Below, one piece after another: positions 12,321 through 21,266 of a stretch of DNA of 57,920 nt. This DNA is from Chloroflexota bacterium (lineage in GTDB: Bacteria; Chloroflexota; Dehalococcoidia; UBA2979). Numbering within the stretch: the first letter of the stretch is position 1; each line of letters begins with the position of its first letter. A program made the translations under genes and the position numbers. Location of the stretch: assembly GCA_009837285.1 (NCBI GenBank), contig VXTU01000114.1, positions 1 through 57,920 of the forward strand, in the 5' to 3' direction. The notes under the pieces were generated by a model, which ran no database searches, was not told the DNA's origin, and worked only from the letters and a program-made list of their open reading frames with translations.

Positions 12321-13544
12321 ATGGTCGATCTGCCGCTTTCGGATGTGCGCGTGCTGGACTTGAGCTGGCACGTCGCCGGGCCGTATTGCACGCGTGTCCT
12401 CGGCGACTACGGCGCCGACGTCGTGAAAGTCGAGCGCCCCGGCGAGGGCGACCCGGCGCGGCTCATGCCGCCCTTCTTCGAGGACGAGCCGGGTGCCGAG
12501 CGCTCCGCCCTCTTCCTCCACCTCAACACCAACAAGCGCTCGATCGCCGTCGACCTGCGCTCCGGGCAAGGCCGCGAGACGGTGCTGCGGCTCGCCGAGT
12601 GGGCCGACGTGGCGATCGAGAGCTTCAGCCCCGGCACGCTCGACGCTCTCGGGCTCGGGTACGAGGAGCTGCGGGCGGTGAACCCCGGCATCGTGCTGAC
12701 CTCGATCAGCAACTACGGGCAGAGTGGGCCGTACCGCGACTGGAAGGGCTCCGAGCTCACGATCTGGGGCATGGGTGGCCCGATGCTCTACACCGGCAGC
12801 CCCGACCGCGAGCCCCTCAAGACCGCCGGCCACACCCAGGGCTGCCACGTCGGCGCGCTCGCCGCCGCGGCGACGAACATCGCGCTGTGGGGCGCGGACG
12901 CGAGCGGCGAGGGCGACCACATCGACATCAGCTTCTTCGAGGCCTTCATGGGGCTCATCGACCGCCGCACCACGAGCCTGCTCAACTACCAGTACACGGG
13001 TGAGACCTCGGGCCGCCCGCCCGCCGGGCAGACCCCCGGCTCGGGCATCTGGCCCACGGGCGACGGCGGCTTCTTCTTCACCACCGTGATCGGCCCGCGC
13101 TGGAACGCCATGGCGACGATGATCGGCCACGAGGAGCTCCTCGAGGACCCCAACTGGCTCGACCCCGCCTGGCGGGCGCAGGAGGAACCGATGGCGCAGT
13201 TCCAGGGGCTCGTCGGCGAGTGGATGCTCGGCCACTCGAAGCTCGAGATCCGCCAGGCTGTCGAGGACGCCGGGGTCTACGGCGGCCCCGTCAACACCGT
13301 CGCCGAGCTGCTGACCGATCCGCACTTCACCGAGCGCGCCTTCTTCGAGACCATCGACCACCCGACCACCGGCGAGCAGACCTACCCCGGCCGCACGTAC
13401 CGTTCGAGCGCGCACGGCTGGCCGCCGCCACCACGGCGGCGCGCCCCGCTGCTCGGCGAGCACACCGACGAGATCCTCGGCGAGGCGCTCGGCCTCGATG
13501 CCGGCGCGATTGCCGAGTTGCGCGCGGCGGGAGCGGTTTCATGA
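12321..13544 (+). CDS. Family III CoA-transferase (CaiB/BaiF type)
   Basis: VRVLDLSWHVAGPYCTRVLGDYGADVVKVERP N-terminus; GAGGAG lies 6 nt upstream of ATG 12321. Confidence 0.85.
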   Translation: MVDLPLSDVRVLDLSWHVAGPYCTRVLGDYGADVVKVERPGEGDPARLMPPFFEDEPGAERSALFLHLNTNKRSIAVDLRSGQGRETVLRLAEWADVAIESFSPGTLDALGLGYEELRAVNPGIVLTSISNYGQSGPYRDWKGSELTIWGMGGPMLYTGSPDREPLKTAGHTQGCHVGALAAAATNIALWGADASGEGDHIDISFFEAFMGLIDRRTTSLLNYQYTGETSGRPPAGQTPGSGIWPTGDGGFFFTTVIGPRWNAMATMIGHEELLEDPNWLDPAWRAQEEPMAQFQGLVGEWMLGHSKLEIRQAVEDAGVYGGPVNTVAELLTDPHFTERAFFETIDHPTTGEQTYPGRTYRSSAHGWPPPPRRRAPLLGEHTDEILGEALGLDAGAIAELRAAGAVS

Positions 13545-14857
13545 GCAACTCGAACGGTTCCGGCAAGCGCCTGCCGCTCGAGGGCATTCGCATCCTCGAC
13601 TTCACCGTCGTGTGGGCAGGTCCCTACGCCACGCAACTCCTCTCCGAGTGGGGCGCCGAGGTGATCCGCGTCGAGTCGACGAAGTTCTTCCCCTCGACGA
13701 CCCGGGGCGGGCTCGCGCGGCCGAGCGCGGAGCTCGTGCGCTCCGGCGGGCAGGGCGGCTACCCGGACCACGAGCCGGGCGACCGGCCGTGGAACCGCGC
13801 GGCCCTGTTCAACGTCCACGCCCGCAACAAGCGGTCGGTGACCATGGACCTCACGCGCCCCGAGGGGCAGGAGGTCTTCAAGCGGCTCATCGAGGTCTCC
13901 GACGGCCTCGTGGAGAACAACGCGCCGAACACCATGGAGCGGGCAGGCGTTTCGTGGGAGCGCCTGTCGAAGATCAACCCACGGTTCATCCTCGTACGGA
14001 TGCCGGCCTTCGGCCTGACCGGCCCGTACCGCGCGTACCGCACCTTTGGGAGCCACATGGAGGCGGTCTCCGGGCACTACTCGCTGTTCGGCTACCCGGG
14101 CGCCCTCGCCGACGAGAGCGGGACGAGCCTGCTGGCCGACCCGGCCGCGGGCGTCTCGGGCGCGATGGCGTTCATGTCCGGCCTGCGCCACCGTCGGCGC
14201 ACCGGCGAGGGCCTGCAACTGGAGCTCGCCACCGCCGAGAACTTCACCGGCTACATCGGCGACTACATCCTCGACTACTCGATGAACGGCCGGCTCGGCG
14301 AGTACCGCGGCAACCGCGACCTGGTCTACGCACCACAGGGTGTGTACCCGTGCGCCGGCGAGGACCGCTGGCTCTCGGTCAGCGTCGGCACGGACGGGGA
14401 GTGGCGGGCGCTCTGCGGCGTCATGGGCCGCGACGACCTCGCGACAGACGAGCGCTTCGCCACGCCCGAGGCGCGCCGCGCCCACCACGACGAGCTCGAC
14501 ACCGAGCTCCTGACGTGGTCGATCTTCCAGGACCCGATCGAGGCGATGCAGCAACTCCAGGCCGCGGGTGTCGCGGCGGGCGCGATCATGAACGAGAACG
14601 ACGCCTACACCGACCCGCACCTCCGCGAGCGCAGCTACTGGCAGACCCTCGAACACCCCGAGGCGGGGACGCACGAGTATCCCGGCGTGGTGTGGCGCAC
14701 GGCGAACACCCCGAACCGGCTGCGTCACGCCGCCCCGCGCCTCGGCGAGGACAACGAGTACGTCTACAAGGAGCTGCTCGGCTACTCCGATGAGGAGTAC
14801 CAGCACTTCGTCGATACCGAGCACGCCGGGATGGACTACGACCTCTCGATTCCGTAA
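13541..14857 (+). CDS. Family III CoA-transferase (second paralogue)
   Basis: IRILDFTVVWAGPYATQLLSEWGAEVIRVES; ATG 13541 overlaps the upstream TGA (ATGA). Confidence 0.85.
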   Translation: MSNSNGSGKRLPLEGIRILDFTVVWAGPYATQLLSEWGAEVIRVESTKFFPSTTRGGLARPSAELVRSGGQGGYPDHEPGDRPWNRAALFNVHARNKRSVTMDLTRPEGQEVFKRLIEVSDGLVENNAPNTMERAGVSWERLSKINPRFILVRMPAFGLTGPYRAYRTFGSHMEAVSGHYSLFGYPGALADESGTSLLADPAAGVSGAMAFMSGLRHRRRTGEGLQLELATAENFTGYIGDYILDYSMNGRLGEYRGNRDLVYAPQGVYPCAGEDRWLSVSVGTDGEWRALCGVMGRDDLATDERFATPEARRAHHDELDTELLTWSIFQDPIEAMQQLQAAGVAAGAIMNENDAYTDPHLRERSYWQTLEHPEAGTHEYPGVVWRTANTPNRLRHAAPRLGEDNEYVYKELLGYSDEEYQHFVDTEHAGMDYDLSIP

Positions 14858-14882
14858 ACGCCTCGCCGCATTCGCAGACAAG

Positions 14883-14918
14883 TCGGGCCCGTTCCCTGCC
14901 AGCCGGGGGCGGGCCCGA
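14883..14918 (+). terminator. Hairpin downstream of the CoA-transferase operon
   Basis: tcgggcccg ... cgggcccga: a perfect 9-bp stem with an 18-nt loop. Confidence 0.4.
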
Positions 14919-15086
14919 TGGGATCGCGGGTGGGTTGTGTCGTTACGTTCAGCAATCACAACACATGTTATGCCTGAGGGCGTAAGATGACGGCGTGCTC
15001 GCGGAAGAGGCCCCTGGCGCAATCGCGCCTGATCCGGGCTGTGCGCGCGGGCGGCCCTTCCGCAGTGCCGCGGAAGGAGGGCCTTC

Positions 15087-16898
15087 ATGGCCAGCGAAAC
15101 GCAGCAAACAGACCAGTGGTGGGCGCCGCTACACGGACGGCGCACGGTGTTGCGAGGCGCCTTGCTTGGCGGGGTGGGCCTCGCCGCGGCAGCCCTCGTC
15201 GGCTGCGGCGGCGACGATGATGACGATGACGACGCGGCAGCGCCCGCGGCCCCGGCGGCCGCAACGGCGGTCGCGGCGGCCACGGAACAGGCCGCGCCGG
15301 ACGCGTCCGAGGGGCTCGTCACCCCCGCCGGGAACGTGATCCCCCTGCAGTTCCCGGAGCCTGCGGGCGTGACCCCGAAGGCGGGCGGTGTGCTCAAGCA
15401 GGCCGTCGCGTGGAACGTCGGGCCGATCGACCCGACGGTCTCCGCGGCCGGCGGCACGATCGCGCCCGGTCGCGCGGCGTACAACCGCGTAATCGGGTTC
15501 GTCTCGGGACCGGACGCGGACCCGTACAAGATCGAGTTCAGGCCGGAGCTGGCGGCGTCATGGGAGCGCGCCGAAGACGGGCTGTCCTACACGTTCCACC
15601 TCAATGAGGGCGTGAAGTTCCACAACGTGGACCCAACGAACGGCCGCGACTTCACTGCGGCCGATGTGAAGTTCGCGTGGGACCGTTACGCGGCCGGGGG
15701 AGCGCAGTCGCAGTACTTCACGGCCGTACGCAGCATCGAGGCCACCGACGACCACACGGTGGTCGTCAACATGATCTCGCCGCAGCCGGACTTCCTGACG
15801 CCGATCGCCAGCCGCTACCTCACGATCCACCCGCGCGAGATCGTCGACGACGGGACGATCGAGCAGCGCGCCATCGGCACCGGGCCGATGATCATGAAGG
15901 AGGCAACGCCGGCCGAGCGCGTGCTCTACGAGAAGAACCCCGACTACTGGGAGAAGGAGGTGCTCCTCGACGGGCTCGAGCACCTCGTGATGCAGGACCA
16001 GCAGGCCCGGCGCGCCGCCATGCGCGTGAACCAGGTCGACCACGCGATGATCGTCACCAGCACCGTCGGTGACCTCGATGCGCTGCTCGAGACGAACCCC
16101 GATGTGAAGGGGACGTGGAGCCCGACGGTGAACGCGGGCACGCAGATCGCCTTCAACATGAAGACGGTCTCCGCGTACCAGGACGAGCGTGTGCGACGGG
16201 CGCTGTCGGTGGGGCTGGATCGCCAGTTCATGATCGATATCGCCTACGAAGGGTACGGCGCGCAGGTCTCGACGCTGCCGTGGTTCTTCCTCTTCGACGA
16301 GGCGCCGACCCCCGAGTCGGGGCTGCTGGGAGAGTGGTGGGGCTACCGGCCGGACGAGGCGAAGAAGCTGCTGCAAGCCGCCGGCGCTGAGAACCTCTCG
16401 TTCGAGATGATCTACCACAACTACGCGGCGACCTGGGACCAGCTGGCCGAGATTCTGCAGGAGCAGTTCGGGGCCCTCGGCGTCAACGTCGAAGTCACCA
16501 AGCTGGACTACACGTCCTACAACTCGCAGCTCATCCAGGTCACCTACGAGGACGTGATCTACGGGTGGTCCGCGAACGGGTTCGACGCCGACACCTTCTT
16601 CTACGCCCAGATCCACTCGGGGTCAGCGGCGAACCGATACAACATCGAGGATCCGCAGATCGACGCATGGGCGGAGGCGCAGAAGGTCGAGCTCGACCCG
16701 GAAGCGCGCAAGGAGTTGCATCGCAACATCTGGGACCGCATCCACGAGCGGGTCTACCGCATCGACATGCCGGCCCCGCAGTACTGGAGTCTCTACCAAC
16801 CGTGGCTGCGGAACGTGCGGTTTGTGGGTCCGCTCGGGATCAACTACTCGTTCACGGAGATCGCCGCCCAGGTTCAGGACGCCTGGCTCGACAAGTAA
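15087..16898 (+). CDS. ABC transporter substrate-binding lipoprotein, family 5 (peptide/nickel type), Tat-type signal
   Basis: RRTVLRGALLGGVGLAAAALVGC lipobox followed by a GGDDDDDDD linker; SBP_bac_5-like body; 603 aa. Confidence 0.85.
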   Translation: MASETQQTDQWWAPLHGRRTVLRGALLGGVGLAAAALVGCGGDDDDDDDAAAPAAPAAATAVAAATEQAAPDASEGLVTPAGNVIPLQFPEPAGVTPKAGGVLKQAVAWNVGPIDPTVSAAGGTIAPGRAAYNRVIGFVSGPDADPYKIEFRPELAASWERAEDGLSYTFHLNEGVKFHNVDPTNGRDFTAADVKFAWDRYAAGGAQSQYFTAVRSIEATDDHTVVVNMISPQPDFLTPIASRYLTIHPREIVDDGTIEQRAIGTGPMIMKEATPAERVLYEKNPDYWEKEVLLDGLEHLVMQDQQARRAAMRVNQVDHAMIVTSTVGDLDALLETNPDVKGTWSPTVNAGTQIAFNMKTVSAYQDERVRRALSVGLDRQFMIDIAYEGYGAQVSTLPWFFLFDEAPTPESGLLGEWWGYRPDEAKKLLQAAGAENLSFEMIYHNYAATWDQLAEILQEQFGALGVNVEVTKLDYTSYNSQLIQVTYEDVIYGWSANGFDADTFFYAQIHSGSAANRYNIEDPQIDAWAEAQKVELDPEARKELHRNIWDRIHERVYRIDMPAPQYWSLYQPWLRNVRFVGPLGINYSFTEIAAQVQDAWLDK

Positions 16899-16941
16899 GC
16901 GTCGGAGTCCCGGGAGCGGAACGACAACACCACGGGACAAG

Positions 16942-16978
16942 ACTGGGCCCGCTTCCCCTCGCGGGGAGCGGGCCCAGT
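16942..16978. terminator. Bidirectional terminator-like hairpin between convergent genes
   Basis: actgggcccgcttcccc-tcgc-ggggagcgggcccagt (one bulge). Confidence 0.5.
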
Positions 16979-17006
16979 GGCTCGCCGTTGCCAGTCGTGG
17001 CGTCTG

Positions 17007-19322
17007 CTAGCCCTGGTCCTCCAGCATCTCGAGGATGCGCTGCGGCGACGCGGGGATCTCAGTCGGCCGCACGCCGATGGCGTCGCGGATCGCGTTCGTC
17101 ACAGCGGCCAGAGGCGGGATGATGCCGACTTCGCCGACGCCTCGCACCCCGTACGGGTGGCCGGGGTTCGGCACCTCGATGATGAGCGCGTCGATCATCG
17201 GGAGGTCGAGCGCCGTCGGCATGCGGTAGTCGAGCAGCGTCGAGTTGACCATGTTGCCGTCGTCGTTGAACAGGTACTCCTCGGTGAGTGCCATCCCGGC
17301 GCCCTGCGCGGCGCCGCCCTGGATCTGGCCCTCGACGTAATCGCGGTGGATCGCCGTGCCGACGTCCTGCGCGGCCGTGTAGCGGAGGATGTCCACCTTG
17401 CCGGTCTCCGGGTCGACCTCGACGTCCACGACGTGCGTTGCGAACGCCGGGCCGGCCGTCTCCGGCGAGACGTCGGCGCGCGCCTGGATGAGGCCGCCCG
17501 TCGCCTGCAGCTGCCCGGCGAGCTCGGTCAGGCTCATCTCGTGGTCGTCCGGGCCGCGCAGCACGGCGTCGTCGCCGTAGCTCACGTCGTCGGGCTCGCA
17601 CTCCCAGATCAGGGCCGTGCGCTCCTCAAGCTTGCGACGCAGCTCCATCGCCGTCTCGTAGACGGCCCAGCCGCCCGCGAAGGTGGTGCGGCTGCCGACG
17701 GTCGGCAGCGTGTAGCCGACCGAGTCGGTGTTCACGGTCTGCGGCACCACGTCCTCGTACGCCACGCCCATCGCCTCGGCGAACTGCATCGCCAGCGACG
17801 CGCGGCTGCCGCCGATGTCGGCGGAGCCGATGTTGAGGCTCAGCCGTCCGTCGGCGTTGACCGCCGCGAACGCCGAGGACTCCATGCCGACGTTGAACCA
17901 GAAGCCGGTCGCCACGCCGCGGCCGCGGTTCTCGCCGCTGAGCTCGGAGCGGTAGTGCTCCGAGTCCCGGACCGCCTCGAGGCATGCGACGTTGCCGATG
18001 GGGCCGAACGCGACGCCGTCGACGCGGCGGCCACCCTCGACCATCGCGTTCTTGAGCCGCAGCTCGACGGGATCGATGTCCAGCTCGACCGCGAGCTCGT
18101 CAACGAGCGACTCGACTGCCCACTCGGCCGCGGGCGCCGCCGGGGCGCGGTACGCCTGGACGCGCGGCTTGTTGACCACCACGTCCCAGCCGACCGTGCG
18201 GAAGGTGTCGAGGTTGTAGGGGGCGGTGGCGCACATCGCGCCCGCGCTGAACGCCGAGCCCGGGTAGGCGCCGGACTCGTAGGCGCCCTCCCAGTCCATC
18301 GCCGTGATGGTGCCGTCGCGCTTCGCGCCGATGCGCATGCGCATGTGGGTCCCGGAGGTGGGGCCGGTGCCCTCGAACACCTCGTCGCGGCCCATGTACA
18401 TCTTGACGGGGCGGTGGCCGCTCTCCCGCGAGAGCATGGCGGCCAGGGGCTCCATGTAGACCGAGGTCTTTCCGCCGAAGCCGCCGCCGATCTCGACCGG
18501 GTTCACGCGGATCTTCGAGACGGGGTAGCTCAGCAGCTGCGAGAGCTGGTCGCGCACGCCGAAGTACGCCTGGGTGCTGACCCAGACGTTGATCTGGCCG
18601 TCCTCGCTCCACAGCGCTGTGCCGTTGTGCGGCTCGATGTAGCCCTGGTGGTACATAGGCGTGTCGAACTCGCGCTCGAGGACGACATCCGCCTCGGCGA
18701 AGCCGGCGTCGAGGTCGCCCTGCGCGAACTCGATGCGCTTCGCGACGTTGGAGGGGCGGTTGCCGTACTCCTCGGAGCCCTCAGCGCCGAAGAAGCCGAA
18801 GACCTGCTCGGTCGTGATGCTCTCGTGGATGACCGGCGCGTCTTCCGCCATCGCGTACTGCACGTCCATCACGGCCTCGAGCACCTCGTACTCGACGTCG
18901 ATGAGGTCGAGGGCGTCCTCGGCGACGTGGGGGTCGGTCGCGGCGACGGCGGCCACGGCGTGGCCGCGGTAGAGCGCCTTGTCGGAGGCGAGGACGTTGT
19001 CGAGCACCCAGCGCGCGCTGGCGGTCTCGCCTTCGCCCATGAGCAGCTCGGTGTCGTCCTGCCGCGGGAAGTCCTCGTTCGTGATGACCGCCGTCACGCC
19101 CGGCAGCGCCGCGGCCTTCGACGTGTCGATCGAGACAATGCGCGCGTGCGCGTGCGGGCTGCGCAGCACCCGGCCGTAGAGCAGCCGCGGCATCCGAATG
19201 TCCGCGCCGTAGATGGCGCGCCCGTTGACCTTGTCCACTCCGTCGGGCCGTACCGGGCTGCCGCCCACGACCTTGTATTCCCGTTCACCAACAACCACGC
19301 GGTCACTCCTTGCGTGCGCCAC
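17007..19322 (-). CDS. Molybdopterin-binding large subunit of the xanthine dehydrogenase / aldehyde oxidase / CO-dehydrogenase family
   Basis: 771 aa; the GGGFGGK motif and hammerhead plus MoCo-binding architecture are recognisable. Confidence 0.85.
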   Translation of the reverse strand: MAHARSDRVVVGEREYKVVGGSPVRPDGVDKVNGRAIYGADIRMPRLLYGRVLRSPHAHARIVSIDTSKAAALPGVTAVITNEDFPRQDDTELLMGEGETASARWVLDNVLASDKALYRGHAVAAVAATDPHVAEDALDLIDVEYEVLEAVMDVQYAMAEDAPVIHESITTEQVFGFFGAEGSEEYGNRPSNVAKRIEFAQGDLDAGFAEADVVLEREFDTPMYHQGYIEPHNGTALWSEDGQINVWVSTQAYFGVRDQLSQLLSYPVSKIRVNPVEIGGGFGGKTSVYMEPLAAMLSRESGHRPVKMYMGRDEVFEGTGPTSGTHMRMRIGAKRDGTITAMDWEGAYESGAYPGSAFSAGAMCATAPYNLDTFRTVGWDVVVNKPRVQAYRAPAAPAAEWAVESLVDELAVELDIDPVELRLKNAMVEGGRRVDGVAFGPIGNVACLEAVRDSEHYRSELSGENRGRGVATGFWFNVGMESSAFAAVNADGRLSLNIGSADIGGSRASLAMQFAEAMGVAYEDVVPQTVNTDSVGYTLPTVGSRTTFAGGWAVYETAMELRRKLEERTALIWECEPDDVSYGDDAVLRGPDDHEMSLTELAGQLQATGGLIQARADVSPETAGPAFATHVVDVEVDPETGKVDILRYTAAQDVGTAIHRDYVEGQIQGGAAQGAGMALTEEYLFNDDGNMVNSTLLDYRMPTALDLPMIDALIIEVPNPGHPYGVRGVGEVGIIPPLAAVTNAIRDAIGVRPTEIPASPQRILEMLEDQG

Positions 19323-19404
19323 GACGCGCCCGGCGTCGTGGCAGGCTGCTCAACGTTGACTCGACCCTACGCCGCTCCTCGCGCTGTGCGCCAGCGTCCG
19401 CTCC

Positions 19405-19485
19405 GATCCCTCGCCCCCGTCCGCGGCGGAAGCCTCTGATCCCCTCGCCCCCGTCTGCGGGGGAGAGGGTGAGGGTGAGGGGGTC
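19405..19485. repeat. GC-rich palindromic intergenic repeat (1.5 copies)
   Basis: gatccctcgcccccgtccgcggcgg followed by gatcccctcgcccccgtctgcgggggagagggtgagggtgagggggtc. Confidence 0.7.
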
Positions 19486-19542
19486 TGGTCTCGCCTGACC
19501 CCGCACCTGCGGGGAGGCACCGAGGAGCCGGGATCCCCGAAG

Positions 19543-19950
19543 CTACGCCGACTTCGTCAGCTCCATGAGTACGAAGTTCGACGAGAGCGGGTGCACCCAG
19601 ATCGCTTCGCTGTTCGGGACGCGGGTAACGCGGCCGCCGCCGGCTTCGATCTGCTGGGCGAACGCCTCCGGGTCATCGACCTCGCAGACGAGCTGGTAGA
19701 TGCCCTCGCCGTGCGGGTTGAGCGGGTTCACGCGGTCCTGCATCAGGCGGTAGATCGGGCCGTTCTCGTCCACCGGCGAGATGAGGTGCAGCGCCGTCTC
19801 ACCGTTGTAGCCCAGCGCCACGAACCGGAAGTTGCCGATCGAGTTGTGGGCGGGCTCGCCGAGCGGCTCCATGCCGAAGCGCGCCTTGTGGTTCTCGACG
19901 GCCTCGTCGAGGTCGTGCACCGCTACTGTGTGGTACTTCACTTTGAACAT
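19543..19950 (-). CDS. VOC (glyoxalase/bleomycin-resistance/methylmalonyl-CoA-epimerase-like) family protein
   Basis: MFKVKYHTVAVHDLDEAV... 135 aa; ATG 19950 follows AGAGGAA. The longer ORF-track version (to 20079) overlaps the divergent gene. Confidence 0.8.
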   Translation of the reverse strand: MFKVKYHTVAVHDLDEAVENHKARFGMEPLGEPAHNSIGNFRFVALGYNGETALHLISPVDENGPIYRLMQDRVNPLNPHGEGIYQLVCEVDDPEAFAQQIEAGGGRVTRVPNSEAIWVHPLSSNFVLMELTKSA

Positions 19951-20047
19951 GGTGGGTTCCTCTCTACGCAGCGGGGCGTAGTCTACGGGACGCACGCGGC
20001 ACGGGCTCGTGGCCCCGGCGCCCGCACGCCGCACGAGGAGCGATAGC

Positions 20048-21139
20048 ATGACCACGCTGCTGACCCACTCGGGCCCCACGGAGCTCGACGCACGTACGGA
20101 CGGCGATGGCCTCTGGCTCGATGTCGCCGAGGCCGAGCGCGCGACGGGCTGGGAGCTGAAGCCGGAAGGCTTCTGCTACGGCCCCGTCTGCGTCCCCGTC
20201 CCCTATGGCCGCGAGGCGGAGTTCGTCGCGCCCGGCTCGGTCAACGTCGCCGGCTTCTGGCGGCACATGGGCAAGCCGGTACTCCACGACGACGCTCGCG
20301 AGGTCTGGATGCTCGGCGAGGACGCGACCACGCGCTCCTACGAGATGCTGTCGCTGGAGGCCCCGGACTTCGCGTTGCCCGACCTCGACGGCACCATCCA
20401 CCGCCTGTCCGACTACCGCGGGAAGCGCGTCCTGCTCGTGACGTGGGCCTCGTGGTGAGGCTGCCGCTTTGACCTGCCCGTGTGGCAGCGCCTCTACAAC
20501 GAGCTGGCCGAGCACGACTTCCTCGTGATCACCGTGGCTATGGAAAGCCGCGGCGCGGACGCCGCGCGCGAGTGGATCGAGGCGGCCGAGCCGGCCCACC
20601 CGAGCCTCATCGACCGTGACCACGTGATCTCCGAGCTTTACAACATGGTGAACGTCCCGATGGCCGTGTGGATCGACGAGGAGGGCCGCATCGTCCGGCC
20701 CGCCGAGTACGCCGGCACCAACGACGCGTTCCGCGGCCAGGACCGCGAGACCGGCGCGTGGTCCGACGATGCGTTCCAGGAGATGCGACGCGCGCGTCTC
20801 ATCTACATGGACGCGATCCGGGACTGGGCCCGCAACGGCGCCGCCAGCGAGTTCGCGTGGGACGCCGCCGGAGCCCGCGACCGCCTGCGGCTGCCCTCGG
20901 AAGAGACGGCGCTCGCCAACGCCCACTTCCGCATCGGCCAGCACTTGCGGCAACGCGGGCAGGTCGAGGAAGGGGACCGCTTCCTGGAGGAGGCGAAGCG
21001 GCTCGCGCCGGACAACTGGAACATCTGGCGGCAGGCCTGGAACCTGGAAGACGCCCCCGTGAGCGTGTTCTGGGAGCGCGTCGACGCCCTCGGCGACCAA
21101 CGTTACAGCCTGCCGATCGACATGCCAGGTATCACGTAA
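20048..21139 (+). CDS. Thioredoxin-fold (TlpA/ResA/redoxin-like) protein with a C-terminal helical-repeat region, interrupted by one in-frame TGA (20456-20458) at the active-site position; candidate selenoprotein, otherwise a pseudogene
   Basis: ORFs 20009-20458 and 20480-21139 are in the same frame. The read-through sequence is APDFALPDLDGTIHRLSDYRGKRVLLVTWASW-[TGA]-GCRFDLP...VPMAVWIDEEGRIV. ATG 20048 follows GAGGAG. Confidence 0.5.
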
Positions 21140-21266
21140 TGCGGTGGTGTGGCTTGCAACAGACTCGCGAAGGGCGTACAGATCGCAGGGCATCGCCTAA
21201 CGCGGCCTTAGCTTAGAATCGCGCGAAGTGGTGCAGAGCACGCATCTCCGATGGAGGGGGCATTAC

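Noticed and set aside
20480-21139. Treating the ORF after the TGA as an independent gene starting at GTG 20480.
   Set aside because: It would start in the middle of a thioredoxin fold, directly after the active-site motif, in the same frame as the upstream ORF and without an RBS. A single read-through or disrupted gene explains the data better.
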